NCBI GenBank assembly: GCA_049314435.1
Contig: JBMOFD010000026.1
Coordinates: 1-23,644 of the forward strand
Direction of reading: 5' to 3'
DNA length: 23,644 nucleotides
DNA from: Chlamydiia bacterium
Lineage (GTDB): Bacteria; Chlamydiota; Chlamydiia; Chlamydiales; JBMOFD01
A program made the translations under genes and the position numbers. The notes beneath the pieces were generated by a model. It did no database searches. It was not told the origin of the DNA and saw only the letters and a list, made by a program, of their open reading frames with translations. Within the stretch, counting starts at the first letter, position 1. Each line of letters starts with the position of its first letter. Shown here one piece after another: positions 1 through 7,351 of this stretch.

Positions 1-53
1 ATCACATCCTGACGTTGCGATTCCCATGCGAGTGGTCAACTAGCAACTTGGGT
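1..53. mobile_element. Probable terminus of an IS982-family insertion sequence (rest lies left of the window)
   Basis: 36-53 reads ACCCAAGTTGCTAGTTGA on the minus strand, resembling IS982-type terminal inverted repeats that start ACCC (from memory). It sits exactly where IS30 transposase similarity stops. Confidence 0.55.
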
Positions 54-403
54 TATGTAGATTGTTTCGTAGCTGACGGAATGCTCTGGTTGGTTTTGCT
101 TTAGCCATCCAGCTATCTGCTCCGGACTCCATTGTAGGGCCAATTTCGCTTCAATGATCTTGATGGTCTCCTCAGTCATCTTCTTGGGGCGCTGCTAGCC
201 AGCTTACGACGATTCCTCGCGCACATGGCCGCTAGGTCGGGTCGATACCTCTCCCTGCCATGGTTCCTGGCGATCTCTCGAGATATCGTCGATTTGTTCC
301 GCCCCGTCTGAGCTGCTATCTCCTCGTAGGAAGCTCCTGTTTGAAGTAATGCATTGATCTGGCAGCGTTGCTCATAGGTCAGGTGATGGTAGCCATTCGG
401 CAT
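54..403 (-). pseudogene. IS30-family transposase, frameshifted and truncated
   Basis: The HTH N-terminus (YHHLTYEQRCQI...IAAQTGRNKSTISREIARN) stops at 176. The -1 frame continues PKKMTEETIKIIEAKLALQWSPEQIAGWLK...SVSYETIY, containing the IS30 WSPEQI and ETIY motifs, then diverges near 54. No DDE domain is present in the window. Confidence 0.88.
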
Positions 404-515
404 ACGGACCTCTGTTAAGTGTTTTCTTTACAAAAATCACTATAGAGATCTGGCCATCCCTGGCCACCAATTTGTCGCCGATTGGCGACCGACCTTGTTC
501 AGGCAAACTGTTTGA

Positions 516-637
516 GGGGCGAAATCTTGGGCGGGCTATACCCAGCCGGAAGGATGGCGCGGGCGGCCAGTTCTGTTAAGATCCGCGCCATCCGTCCCGC
601 CTCTCGGCTGGGTAGCCTGGGCCCCAAGTTTCGCCCC
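516..637. repeat. ~120-nt imperfect GC-rich inverted repeat in the IS30 leader
   Basis: Nested arms GGGGCGAAA/TTTCGCCCC, CTTGGG/CCCAAG, TACCCAGCCG/CGGCTGGGTA and GGATGGCGCGG/CCGCGCCATCC. Confidence 0.85.
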
Positions 638-664
638 GGGTCCCATACTCTTATTTTTCCTCCA

Positions 665-691
665 GTCGTTGCACTTCACTCTTGAATGGGC
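665..691 (-). repeat. Putative left terminal inverted repeat of the IS30 element
   Basis: GTCGTTGCACTTCACTCTTGAATGGGC resembles IS30-family ends. The partner IR is not in the window. Confidence 0.6.
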
Positions 692-844
692 GCCACAAGG
701 GAGTTTTTGGGATATTCAAAGCATCCGGGCTCGCGGGATCGATAAGAGGTATATTGTCACTTGGGAGCTACCAGTGGTCCCCGAGTGGGCGGCACCAGCA
801 GGAATGGGATGATCTCGATCGTAGCTGCTCACGCCGCACTCAGG

Positions 845-1504
845 TCATCCTATAGAGACGATCGATGCTCCTGGAGTATTGCATCGTTGATCCTTGCGGA
901 GAAGCCCTTCAAGAGCATATCTGGTCACAGGACCAATGGCCTTGATGGTTACCCCTGTCGGTATCATCCAACCGTGGGTAACCCAAGCAGCGACACAACT
1001 CGGACTCGTGAACATAAGGCAATCACCTACCTCAAGCGGAGGCAGTGAGCCTTTTCGTGAGGTGGTGTCATAGAGAGCATGTGCAATGAGGGCTCGCTGA
1101 TTGTCTCGAGCCCATGACGAGACGATGGGTCTGGCTTGTGCGGAGTGGAACCAGACACTTCGTGCCTCTTGAGGGAGCTGGTCCTGCAACAGAGCGACCA
1201 GCCCTTCAGCAGTAGCGATCTCCGCAACATGCGGATTTAGCCCTCCAAACTGCCTCACACGCTCTGCTGTCCCCTCGCCTACACACCAGTGCCGAATCGA
1301 GCAGAATCGATCCGATGCAGAGTGACTATATAACTCATGCGTGATCGTCACAGCCTGTCGACTGGTCCACAGCGCATCGGTGCAGGAGTGCCATGCAGCT
1401 TCAGCCTGCGGGCAGAAAGGTCTGGGTGAACACTCGATCAATGGCCAGTGTAGATCGCCGGGACGCATCTGAGAGGGTTCCAACCCCAGCCAGATCGTCC
1501 TCAC
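845..1504 (-). CDS. hemD: Uroporphyrinogen-III synthase (divergent)
   Basis: Motifs WTSRQAV, WCVGEGTAERV, LYDT, MFTSPSCV and AIGPVTRYAL. GTGA start/stop overlap with hemC. Confidence 0.85.
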   Translation of the reverse strand: MRTIWLGLEPSQMRPGDLHWPLIECSPRPFCPQAEAAWHSCTDALWTSRQAVTITHELYSHSASDRFCSIRHWCVGEGTAERVRQFGGLNPHVAEIATAEGLVALLQDQLPQEARSVWFHSAQARPIVSSWARDNQRALIAHALYDTTSRKGSLPPLEVGDCLMFTSPSCVAAWVTHGWMIPTGVTIKAIGPVTRYALEGLLRKDQRCNTPGASIVSIG

Positions 1505-2175
1505 AACATGACCTCAGCGGCTGGGAGCCATGCCTCGTAGACAATAGGCTCCAAAAACTCCCGTACGTCGTTTCTCGTTTCCAACGCACAGAGCGCTAGC
1601 TGCCCCTGACCACACGCTGATGGGCCTGACAAAAACAGCCGCGGTAAATGACCTAGTCCCAGTCGCTGGAGAGCACATTCGGCAATGACGACACCGTCAC
1701 AATCGATAGACAGTCGGGCCAATCTCTCTTCGATCGTCCCTCGGAGGTCCACGATCGTGATGCCTGATTGTAGCTGGCGCACGGCCTGATCACGTCTTGC
1801 GGAGGATGTTCCTATGACCGCTCCTGGCTGAAGATGTGCCAGTCCTGGACGCAGCACGATCGCATCACGAGAATCTAAACCTTGAGTCAGACCCACCACG
1901 CAGATCCCCTCCATCGGCTCTGGCGGAAGATCTTTGGCTGAGTGAACAGAGAAGTCAGCTAGGCCTTCTTGGACAAGACGATCGACTTCACGTGTGAAAA
2001 AATCGGAAGGTGGCAAGTCACGCAGGCTGCGCGTGCGGTCCAAGTCCCCATGGGAGGTAACGAGGATGCGTTGGAGAGCATACGCCCCGTATGTTCTCCT
2101 TAGCTCTCGCTCCACCTCATCGACTTGCGCTCGACTTAGTGGGCTCGTGCGTGCCGCGACTGTGTAGGATCGCAT
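1501..2175 (-). CDS. hemC: Porphobilinogen deaminase (hydroxymethylbilane synthase), short 224-aa form
   Basis: Motifs RTSPLSRAQ, TSHGD, FTREVD, VHSAKDLP, GTSSARR, LRGTIEERL and GQGQLAL. Confidence 0.93.
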   Translation of the reverse strand: MRSYTVAARTSPLSRAQVDEVERELRRTYGAYALQRILVTSHGDLDRTRSLRDLPPSDFFTREVDRLVQEGLADFSVHSAKDLPPEPMEGICVVGLTQGLDSRDAIVLRPGLAHLQPGAVIGTSSARRDQAVRQLQSGITIVDLRGTIEERLARLSIDCDGVVIAECALQRLGLGHLPRLFLSGPSACGQGQLALCALETRNDVREFLEPIVYEAWLPAAEVML

Positions 2176-3569
2176 GACAACAGCGCCTCAATTGCCTCTT
2201 CAACGAGCGAAATAGGAACACATTCGATCTGAGCACGCAAGTCTGCTGAGACGCTCTTCAGGTTACGCTGCGGAATCAGCGCTACCCGGAATCCCAATTG
2301 CACTGCCTCTTTGAGTCTTGACTCGATGCGTGATACCGCACGCACCTCTCCTCCAAGACCCACCTCACCGACGACCACGACGTCCTGAGGGATCAGTCGT
2401 CCCGTCAGCGAAGAAGCGATCGCACAGAGCAGGCCTAGATCGGCTGCCGGCTCCTGCAACTTCAATCCACCCGCAGCCGCCACAAAGACATCCTGAGACG
2501 CCAATGGATACCCCACACGCTTCTCCAGAACAGCAAGCAGTAGCGCCACACGGTTCTGATCAAATCCCGTGCTACGACGACTGGGAGAGGCGTAGGGAGA
2601 CGCCGTCACCAGAGCTTGCACTTCCACCAGGAGAGGGCGCGTACCCTCTAGAGTGGGCACGATCACCGCACCTGGCACAGATCTCACCCGCTCTTCTAAG
2701 AAGAGCTCAGAGGGATTCAGCACATCGCGAAGACCGTGCCCTTCCATCGTGAATACCGCGATCTCATCGGTGCTGCCGAAACGGTTCTTCACAACGCGGA
2801 GGATGCGCAACTGATGCTGCTTCTCTCCCTCAAAATAAAGCACGGTATCGACGATGTGCTCGAGAACGCGGGGACCCGCGATCTCTCCGGACTTCGTGAC
2901 ATGGCCAATCAAGAAGGTCGTTATGCAGCGACCCTTTGCCAGGTGCATGAATTCGGTCGCCAGTTCCCGCACCTGCACCACCGAACCAGGAGATGAGGGG
3001 ATGTCTGCGCGATAGAGAATCTGAATGGAGTCCACAATGAGGACGGTAGGCTGCAGCGCGTCTAGGTGAAGCTGAATCGCCTCGAATTGGGTCTCACTGA
3101 TCAGATAGAGGTTAGGCTCCATTAGCCCCAACCGTTGAGCTCGGAGAGAGGTCTGTTCGACCGACTCTTCACCACATATATAGAGTACTTTCTCTCCACG
3201 GGCAGCCAGGGCGGCAGAGGCCTGTAACATCAGCGTGGACTTTCCAATCCCCGGCTCCCCTCCCACTAAGGTCAAGGACCCTGGCACAGCACCACCGCCA
3301 AGAAGGCGGTCGAGCTCGCTCAGTCCCGTTGCTAATCTGGGACGAGGCTGCGGACAGACCTCTGTGATGGGAATGGGACGTGTGGGAGCTCGCGTCTGTG
3401 CCCCGTGAAATCTCTGCGGCACTGCATGCGTACGCTCCTGCTGAAGCGTGTTCCAGTTTCTGCACGCTGGACACTGGCCAGTCCACTTGGGCTGCTCATG
3501 ACCACACTCCTGGCAGTTCCAGGTGGCTTTGATCTTACTTGAATTCGATGGAGAGCTGGCTGAGGGCAT
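2136..3569 (-). CDS. radA: DNA repair protein RadA/Sms
   Basis: Zn finger CQEC...CPAC, Walker A GEPGIGKST, KNRFG motif and Lon-like C-terminus. Start chosen at ATG 3569 (MPSASS); the longer ORF extension runs through the rnc remnant. Confidence 0.97.
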   Translation of the reverse strand: MPSASSPSNSSKIKATWNCQECGHEQPKWTGQCPACRNWNTLQQERTHAVPQRFHGAQTRAPTRPIPITEVCPQPRPRLATGLSELDRLLGGGAVPGSLTLVGGEPGIGKSTLMLQASAALAARGEKVLYICGEESVEQTSLRAQRLGLMEPNLYLISETQFEAIQLHLDALQPTVLIVDSIQILYRADIPSSPGSVVQVRELATEFMHLAKGRCITTFLIGHVTKSGEIAGPRVLEHIVDTVLYFEGEKQHQLRILRVVKNRFGSTDEIAVFTMEGHGLRDVLNPSELFLEERVRSVPGAVIVPTLEGTRPLLVEVQALVTASPYASPSRRSTGFDQNRVALLLAVLEKRVGYPLASQDVFVAAAGGLKLQEPAADLGLLCAIASSLTGRLIPQDVVVVGEVGLGGEVRAVSRIESRLKEAVQLGFRVALIPQRNLKSVSADLRAQIECVPISLVEEAIEALLSCDPTQSRHARAH

Positions 3570-3693
3570 GACGTGCGGCCACCTGTTGAACTTTGCGCTT
3601 GGAGGACCTTTCCAACCTACAAAGAAGCTAGCCCGAGTATACACAGCAGTTCGATTGGCATGAGAGCACATGGGCCCGCCATGATTGCGCACC
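3535..3693 (-). pseudogene. Duplicated remnant of the rnc 3' end overlapping the radA start
   Basis: 3572-3608 matches 4097-4133 at 35/37 nt. It translates as ...SSKRKVQQVAARHALSQLSIEFK* versus RNase III ...SSKREAQQVAARSAMNELSAK*. Weaker similarity continues to about 3690. Confidence 0.8.
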
Positions 3694-3824
3694 ATCCCCT
3701 CAGAGTTTCCGACTATACATGCCAGGTTCTAAGCGAGGACCAAGCTCCGTACAAACTCGCCTACAGAATCAGATGTCAGACTAAACTACTTGATCCTGAT
3801 CTTAGTCTTCTGGAGAGGTTGTCT

Positions 3825-4049
3825 ATGTCCATCCCAAATCGCCTGCCGCACATATCTTCGAGTGAGATGGCATGGGCTGTTGGAGGCGCCGTCGTCACAG
3901 TGGGCGCGTGTGCCATCACTAGAACAGGGGCGCTCCCCACGGCCGCAATCGCCGTGCTGGCTGCGACTCTCTTTGGAGCGGCGGCCAGACTATATGGTTT
4001 GGTGGCAGAGTGGTGTGGTCATGTTGTAGCGGGCGCCCCCGCTCGATGA
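3825..4049 (+). CDS. Small 74-aa protein with bilobed hydrophobic segment (Inc-like candidate)
   Basis: ATG 3825 follows GGAGAGG. MSIPNRLPHISSS is followed by ~45 hydrophobic/small residues split by TRTGALP. Confidence 0.6.
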   Translation: MSIPNRLPHISSSEMAWAVGGAVVTVGACAITRTGALPTAAIAVLAATLFGAAARLYGLVAEWCGHVVAGAPAR

Positions 4050-4065
4050 ATACTCTTGGCCGATG

Positions 4066-4749
4066 TCATTTGGCCGAAAGCTCATTCATAGCCGACCGTG
4101 CGGCCACCTGTTGAGCTTCGCGCTTGGAGGACCCCTCCCCCTGCGCTAGGAGCTGACCACGCCAATGCACGGCAACGACAAACTGCCGAGCATGGGCGGG
4201 GCCGCCCTCACTCACCACAGTGTACACAGGGACCTCATTGGAACGACTCTGTGTGAAATCTTGTAGGAGAGCCTTGTAGTTGGCCTCGGGCACTAGCAGT
4301 CGTTCTTTCAGAAGATCACCACAGCGACCAAAGAGAAAGGTCCTTGCGGCCTCAAGACCACCATCGAGGTAAATAGCTCCCAGTGTCGCCTCAAAGAAGT
4401 CCGCCAATACGGAATCTCGGCCACGGCCCACGTTCCTCTGCTCTCCTCGGCCCATCTTCAAGAAGGGCTCGAGGCCCAAGGAACGAGCATAGGCCGCGCA
4501 GGCTGGAGCCTCCACTAAATGGGCACGTAGACGACTAAGTTCTCCTTCCGGAAGGTCTTCCTTTTCCCGAAAGAGCCACTCCGAGATCAAGACACCCAAG
4601 ACGCTATCCCCGAGAAATTCAAGACGCTCGTTAGAGATGAGCCCCATCCCGCGCTGCTCATTGCACCAGCTGCAATGGGTACACGCTTGCTCGATCCACT
4701 TCCGATCCTGGAAGGTGTAGCTTAAAATCTTTTCTATCTCTTCGCTCAT
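4066..4749 (-). CDS. rnc: Ribonuclease III
   Basis: Signature NERLEFLGDSVL, ADFFEATLGAIYLDGG and a dsRBD (NYKALLQD...GPAH...GSSKREAQQVAA). Alternative start at 4785. Confidence 0.97.
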   Translation of the reverse strand: MSEEIEKILSYTFQDRKWIEQACTHCSWCNEQRGMGLISNERLEFLGDSVLGVLISEWLFREKEDLPEGELSRLRAHLVEAPACAAYARSLGLEPFLKMGRGEQRNVGRGRDSVLADFFEATLGAIYLDGGLEAARTFLFGRCGDLLKERLLVPEANYKALLQDFTQSRSNEVPVYTVVSEGGPAHARQFVVAVHWRGQLLAQGEGSSKREAQQVAARSAMNELSAK

Positions 4750-4756
4750 ACCGCTC

Positions 4757-4765
4757 AGTATACCA
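4757..4765 (-). promoter_or_regulatory. Putative extended -10 promoter for rnc
   Basis: TG-G-TATACT on the minus strand, 7 nt upstream of ATG 4749. Confidence 0.45.
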
Positions 4766-4886
4766 AGATCTCGACCATTCCTCATACCGGAGTGCTTCGC
4801 CGGTAGGGCGGCGTCATTGGATCGCAGCTTGCAAGGGACATATAGTTTGGATAGCGCTGATTAGCGATCGCATCAAAGCGCTCGAG

Positions 4887-5237
4887 TTACCAGAGAACCC
4901 ATGCCAGCCTCCCTGAAAGTACAGCTAGAAACATGCCGAGCTCTAACCGCCACTTTGACGTACTCTTAGATCCTTGCGGCCAGATGACCATAACCGAAAC
5001 CATACTGACGAGATAGGTAGTAGCAAAAAAACCCGCCCATGCCAACAAGTCGGTTCCGCCGAACATGTCCAAATCTCGCTGGCGGGATGAAATATACAAG
5101 CCTATGGATGCCAAAATCACCCATAACATGGCCCCCCGAAGCCACCACTTTTCAGTTACCGCCTGACGCGAGGCCGGTAACTGGATAAGTCCTATGGCTC
5201 CCAATAGAGCAACACCGAGAATAATGAACACCTTCAC
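4887..5237 (-). CDS. Hypothetical small integral membrane protein (~4 TM)
   Basis: 116 aa with four hydrophobic stretches. The GTG start is 7 nt after the stop of the upstream gene, with a purine-rich SD. Confidence 0.65.
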   Translation of the reverse strand: MKVFIILGVALLGAIGLIQLPASRQAVTEKWWLRGAMLWVILASIGLYISSRQRDLDMFGGTDLLAWAGFFATTYLVSMVSVMVIWPQGSKSTSKWRLELGMFLAVLSGRLAWVLW

Positions 5238-5244
5238 ACAGCAC

Positions 5245-5688
5245 CTACCCTTTTAGACCTTTCTTTCCTTGCAGACGACAGCCATAAGTTCTACGGCCCT
5301 GTTTCTGCTTCATAGACCGCTCCAAAAATGGATCTGGTCGTTCGCGATCCCTGCGGTCCCGTCGACGAGCCCTAGCCTGGGTATTGTGATCCTCCATCGC
5401 GCTTACATCCTTTTGCGCCTCCCAGGCGGCGGCAGTCTGTATCGACGCGGCCGAAACACTCGCTATTACCCCCTTGGGATTGCGTTTGGCGACGCTGACC
5501 ATGGCTGTTACCAGCCCTAGGGCTGCATAGCCGACAGATTCGTTACGATCACTCCGGCGTTTATCGATTTCATCCTGCGGATACTCAGACTCATCGTTTC
5601 GTGGACCAATATCCGCACGGGCTTGCAACGGCGTCATGCCTGTGATCAAGATCATGTAGGAGAAGAGAAGCTTGCCAAACAGCTGCAT
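5245..5688 (-). CDS. Hypothetical secreted protein (signal peptide, hydrophobic hairpin, basic tail)
   Basis: ATG 5688 follows GAGG. MQLFGKLLFSYMILITGMTPLQARA|D fits an A-x-A cleavage site. Confidence 0.6.
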   Translation of the reverse strand: MQLFGKLLFSYMILITGMTPLQARADIGPRNDESEYPQDEIDKRRSDRNESVGYAALGLVTAMVSVAKRNPKGVIASVSAASIQTAAAWEAQKDVSAMEDHNTQARARRRDRRDRERPDPFLERSMKQKQGRRTYGCRLQGKKGLKG

Positions 5689-5981
5689 AGGAACCTCTAG
5701 TAGAGGCAATTGGCACAGGCTAGGACCCCTCAATCATTGCCGTCAAACAACTCTCGACTCATGGCCCTTGCATAAACCAGCAATCACTGTGTGACCTATT
5801 ACCCACACATCCAAAGCGGTCTTGAGCCAGGTCGCTTCGGCCAGGTTGCTTTGACTTTTGCTCAAAGATCACCTCCAGACGATGCCGTGGCAGTGCCTAG
5901 CCCACGTTTGGCGCGGCTTTCCTGCCGCGTCCATTCTATGAATGGTCTGTCGCCAACACATTGCATTAGTTTCTTTATTGT

Positions 5982-6010
5982 TTGATTCTCTCGACCTATA
6001 AATTTATAAT
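5982..6010 (+). promoter_or_regulatory. Sigma70/sigma66-type promoter
   Basis: TTGATT-17 nt-TATAAT in an AT-rich tract, 44 nt upstream of ATG 6055. Confidence 0.65.
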
Positions 6011-6054
6011 CTCCGAATCACAAGTCGTAAGATATCCACAAAGTAGACGTCTCA

Positions 6055-6555
6055 ATGCGTAATAGGCTTTTCCTATGGCCTCTGTTTCTCATCTCCTTGG
6101 CATCCGTTGCCGAGTGCTCGGGCAGTGCTGAGCCCCTTCCCAGAGACTACCGGCAGACAGGTCGCTATGTGGAGGGCGGCATGGTGGCTCCGCTCATTTG
6201 TGCGCCCTATCTCAGAGCAGGGTACGTGGTTCCAATGGGACCTAACTCCATCTGGGACATCGCAGGCAACTGCACCTTTCGCACGAATTCGCTGTCGCTT
6301 TCCAACTCCTGGAGACGCTCTTGGTCGAGATTTTCCATCGGTCCTGAATTGAATGTAGGGATCATGCTTGGTGGTGAATGCAGGCTTCCTCGGCCTATGA
6401 CGCCCTATTTGGATGTTGGCGTCAGGGCCGTGTTTTGTCTCGACCAAGGTCTGTGTCTGACAGGCGGCCTCTATGTTATTCCTGTTCCGTTTTCAAACAG
6501 CCCGTTTGTGATTCCCCTTCCCATGGCCTCGGTCGGACTGGCCTACTACTTCTAA
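6055..6555 (+). CDS. Putative small outer-membrane beta-barrel protein
   Basis: N-terminal signal peptide, alternating beta-strand patterns (YLRAGYVV, YLDVGVRAVF) and a C-terminal ASVGLAYYF with terminal Phe (beta-signal-like). Confidence 0.6.
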   Translation: MRNRLFLWPLFLISLASVAECSGSAEPLPRDYRQTGRYVEGGMVAPLICAPYLRAGYVVPMGPNSIWDIAGNCTFRTNSLSLSNSWRRSWSRFSIGPELNVGIMLGGECRLPRPMTPYLDVGVRAVFCLDQGLCLTGGLYVIPVPFSNSPFVIPLPMASVGLAYYF

Positions 6556-6643
6556 ACCGAGGGCTGCCGGTCAGCTGGGCAAGCCGACCGATTTCCCATA
6601 AATGGTGCACTCCCTAGATACTGTGTTCTTTGCGTTAAGTTCT

Positions 6644-7351
6644 ATGCGTCCAGCCATTACCCGTGATCATCAAGCGTTCTTTGCCTCTAATGGGTGGATC
6701 GCCTTCGAAGATGCCTTCTCCAATGACCGTGGAGCTCTGATGCTCGATCGCCTGTTGGGCGCTCAGGCAGAGAGACTCCATACCACCACCGCACGATTGG
6801 GAGAGAAGTCCCCTCTTGCTCTCTATGAAGCGGGCACCGACCTCTGGCGAATTAGCCCCGAAGTGCGCGCTCTTGCGGGAGACCACGACTGGGCTCAGCT
6901 CATGGGACAGCTCCTCAGCGTGCGGCAGCTGCGGCTCGCTGGTGATCAGCTCTGGACCTGGCGTCCTGGTCGCTGGTCGATCAACAAAATACCCTTTGCT
7001 GAGGTCGACCTACCTTGGATGAGCCTCAGTCAGATCGTAAGCTGTGATGGACTCCTGGCTGGCATCTTCTTCACGCTCGAGGGAGGCGGACTCCAAGGCG
7101 TGACGCCTGAGCTCCCCATCTCGCCGTTCGGACCCACAGGTTCTGCGGTCATCGTGCGTGCCGACTTACCTCTCTCCCTCAATCTCTTCCGAGGTGTCGG
7201 GAAAGTGGCCTATTGCGTGCTGGTGTTCGGACGCCAGGGCAGTTACCGCCCTGCTCCCTATGATCCACAGCCGAATCGACTCAAGCAGATGAGCTACACG
7301 GTGGGACAAACACTCTCGGAGCGCACCCATCCCATTCTCTGGACTGGATGA
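6644..7351 (+). CDS. CT296 (DcrA)-like protein, 2OG-Fe(II)/PhyH-like fold
   Basis: MRPAITRDHQAFFASNGWIAFE resembles the Chlamydia CT296 N-terminus as I recall it and the PhyH-type F..NG.I..E motif. It lies near rnc-radA-hemC as in Chlamydia CT296-CT299. Alternative start at 6602. Confidence 0.6.
   Translation: MRPAITRDHQAFFASNGWIAFEDAFSNDRGALMLDRLLGAQAERLHTTTARLGEKSPLALYEAGTDLWRISPEVRALAGDHDWAQLMGQLLSVRQLRLAGDQLWTWRPGRWSINKIPFAEVDLPWMSLSQIVSCDGLLAGIFFTLEGGGLQGVTPELPISPFGPTGSAVIVRADLPLSLNLFRGVGKVAYCVLVFGRQGSYRPAPYDPQPNRLKQMSYTVGQTLSERTHPILWTG

Larger units (their letters stand above)
54..691 (-). mobile_element. IS30-family element, left part (IRL, long leader, 5' part of transposase)
   Basis: Transposase N-terminus at 403 and an IS30-like end sequence GTTGCACTTCACTCTTGAATGGGC at 668-691. 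Confidence 0.8.

Noticed and set aside
176..195. Programmed -1 frameshift in the IS30 transposase
   Set aside because: There is no canonical X XXY YYZ slippery heptamer, and IS30 transposases are normally single ORFs, so an indel is more likely.
3570..3824. N-terminal extensions of radA (to 3695) and of the + strand ORF (from 3573)
   Set aside because: They run through the rnc remnant and intergenic DNA, and better starts exist at 3569 and 3825.
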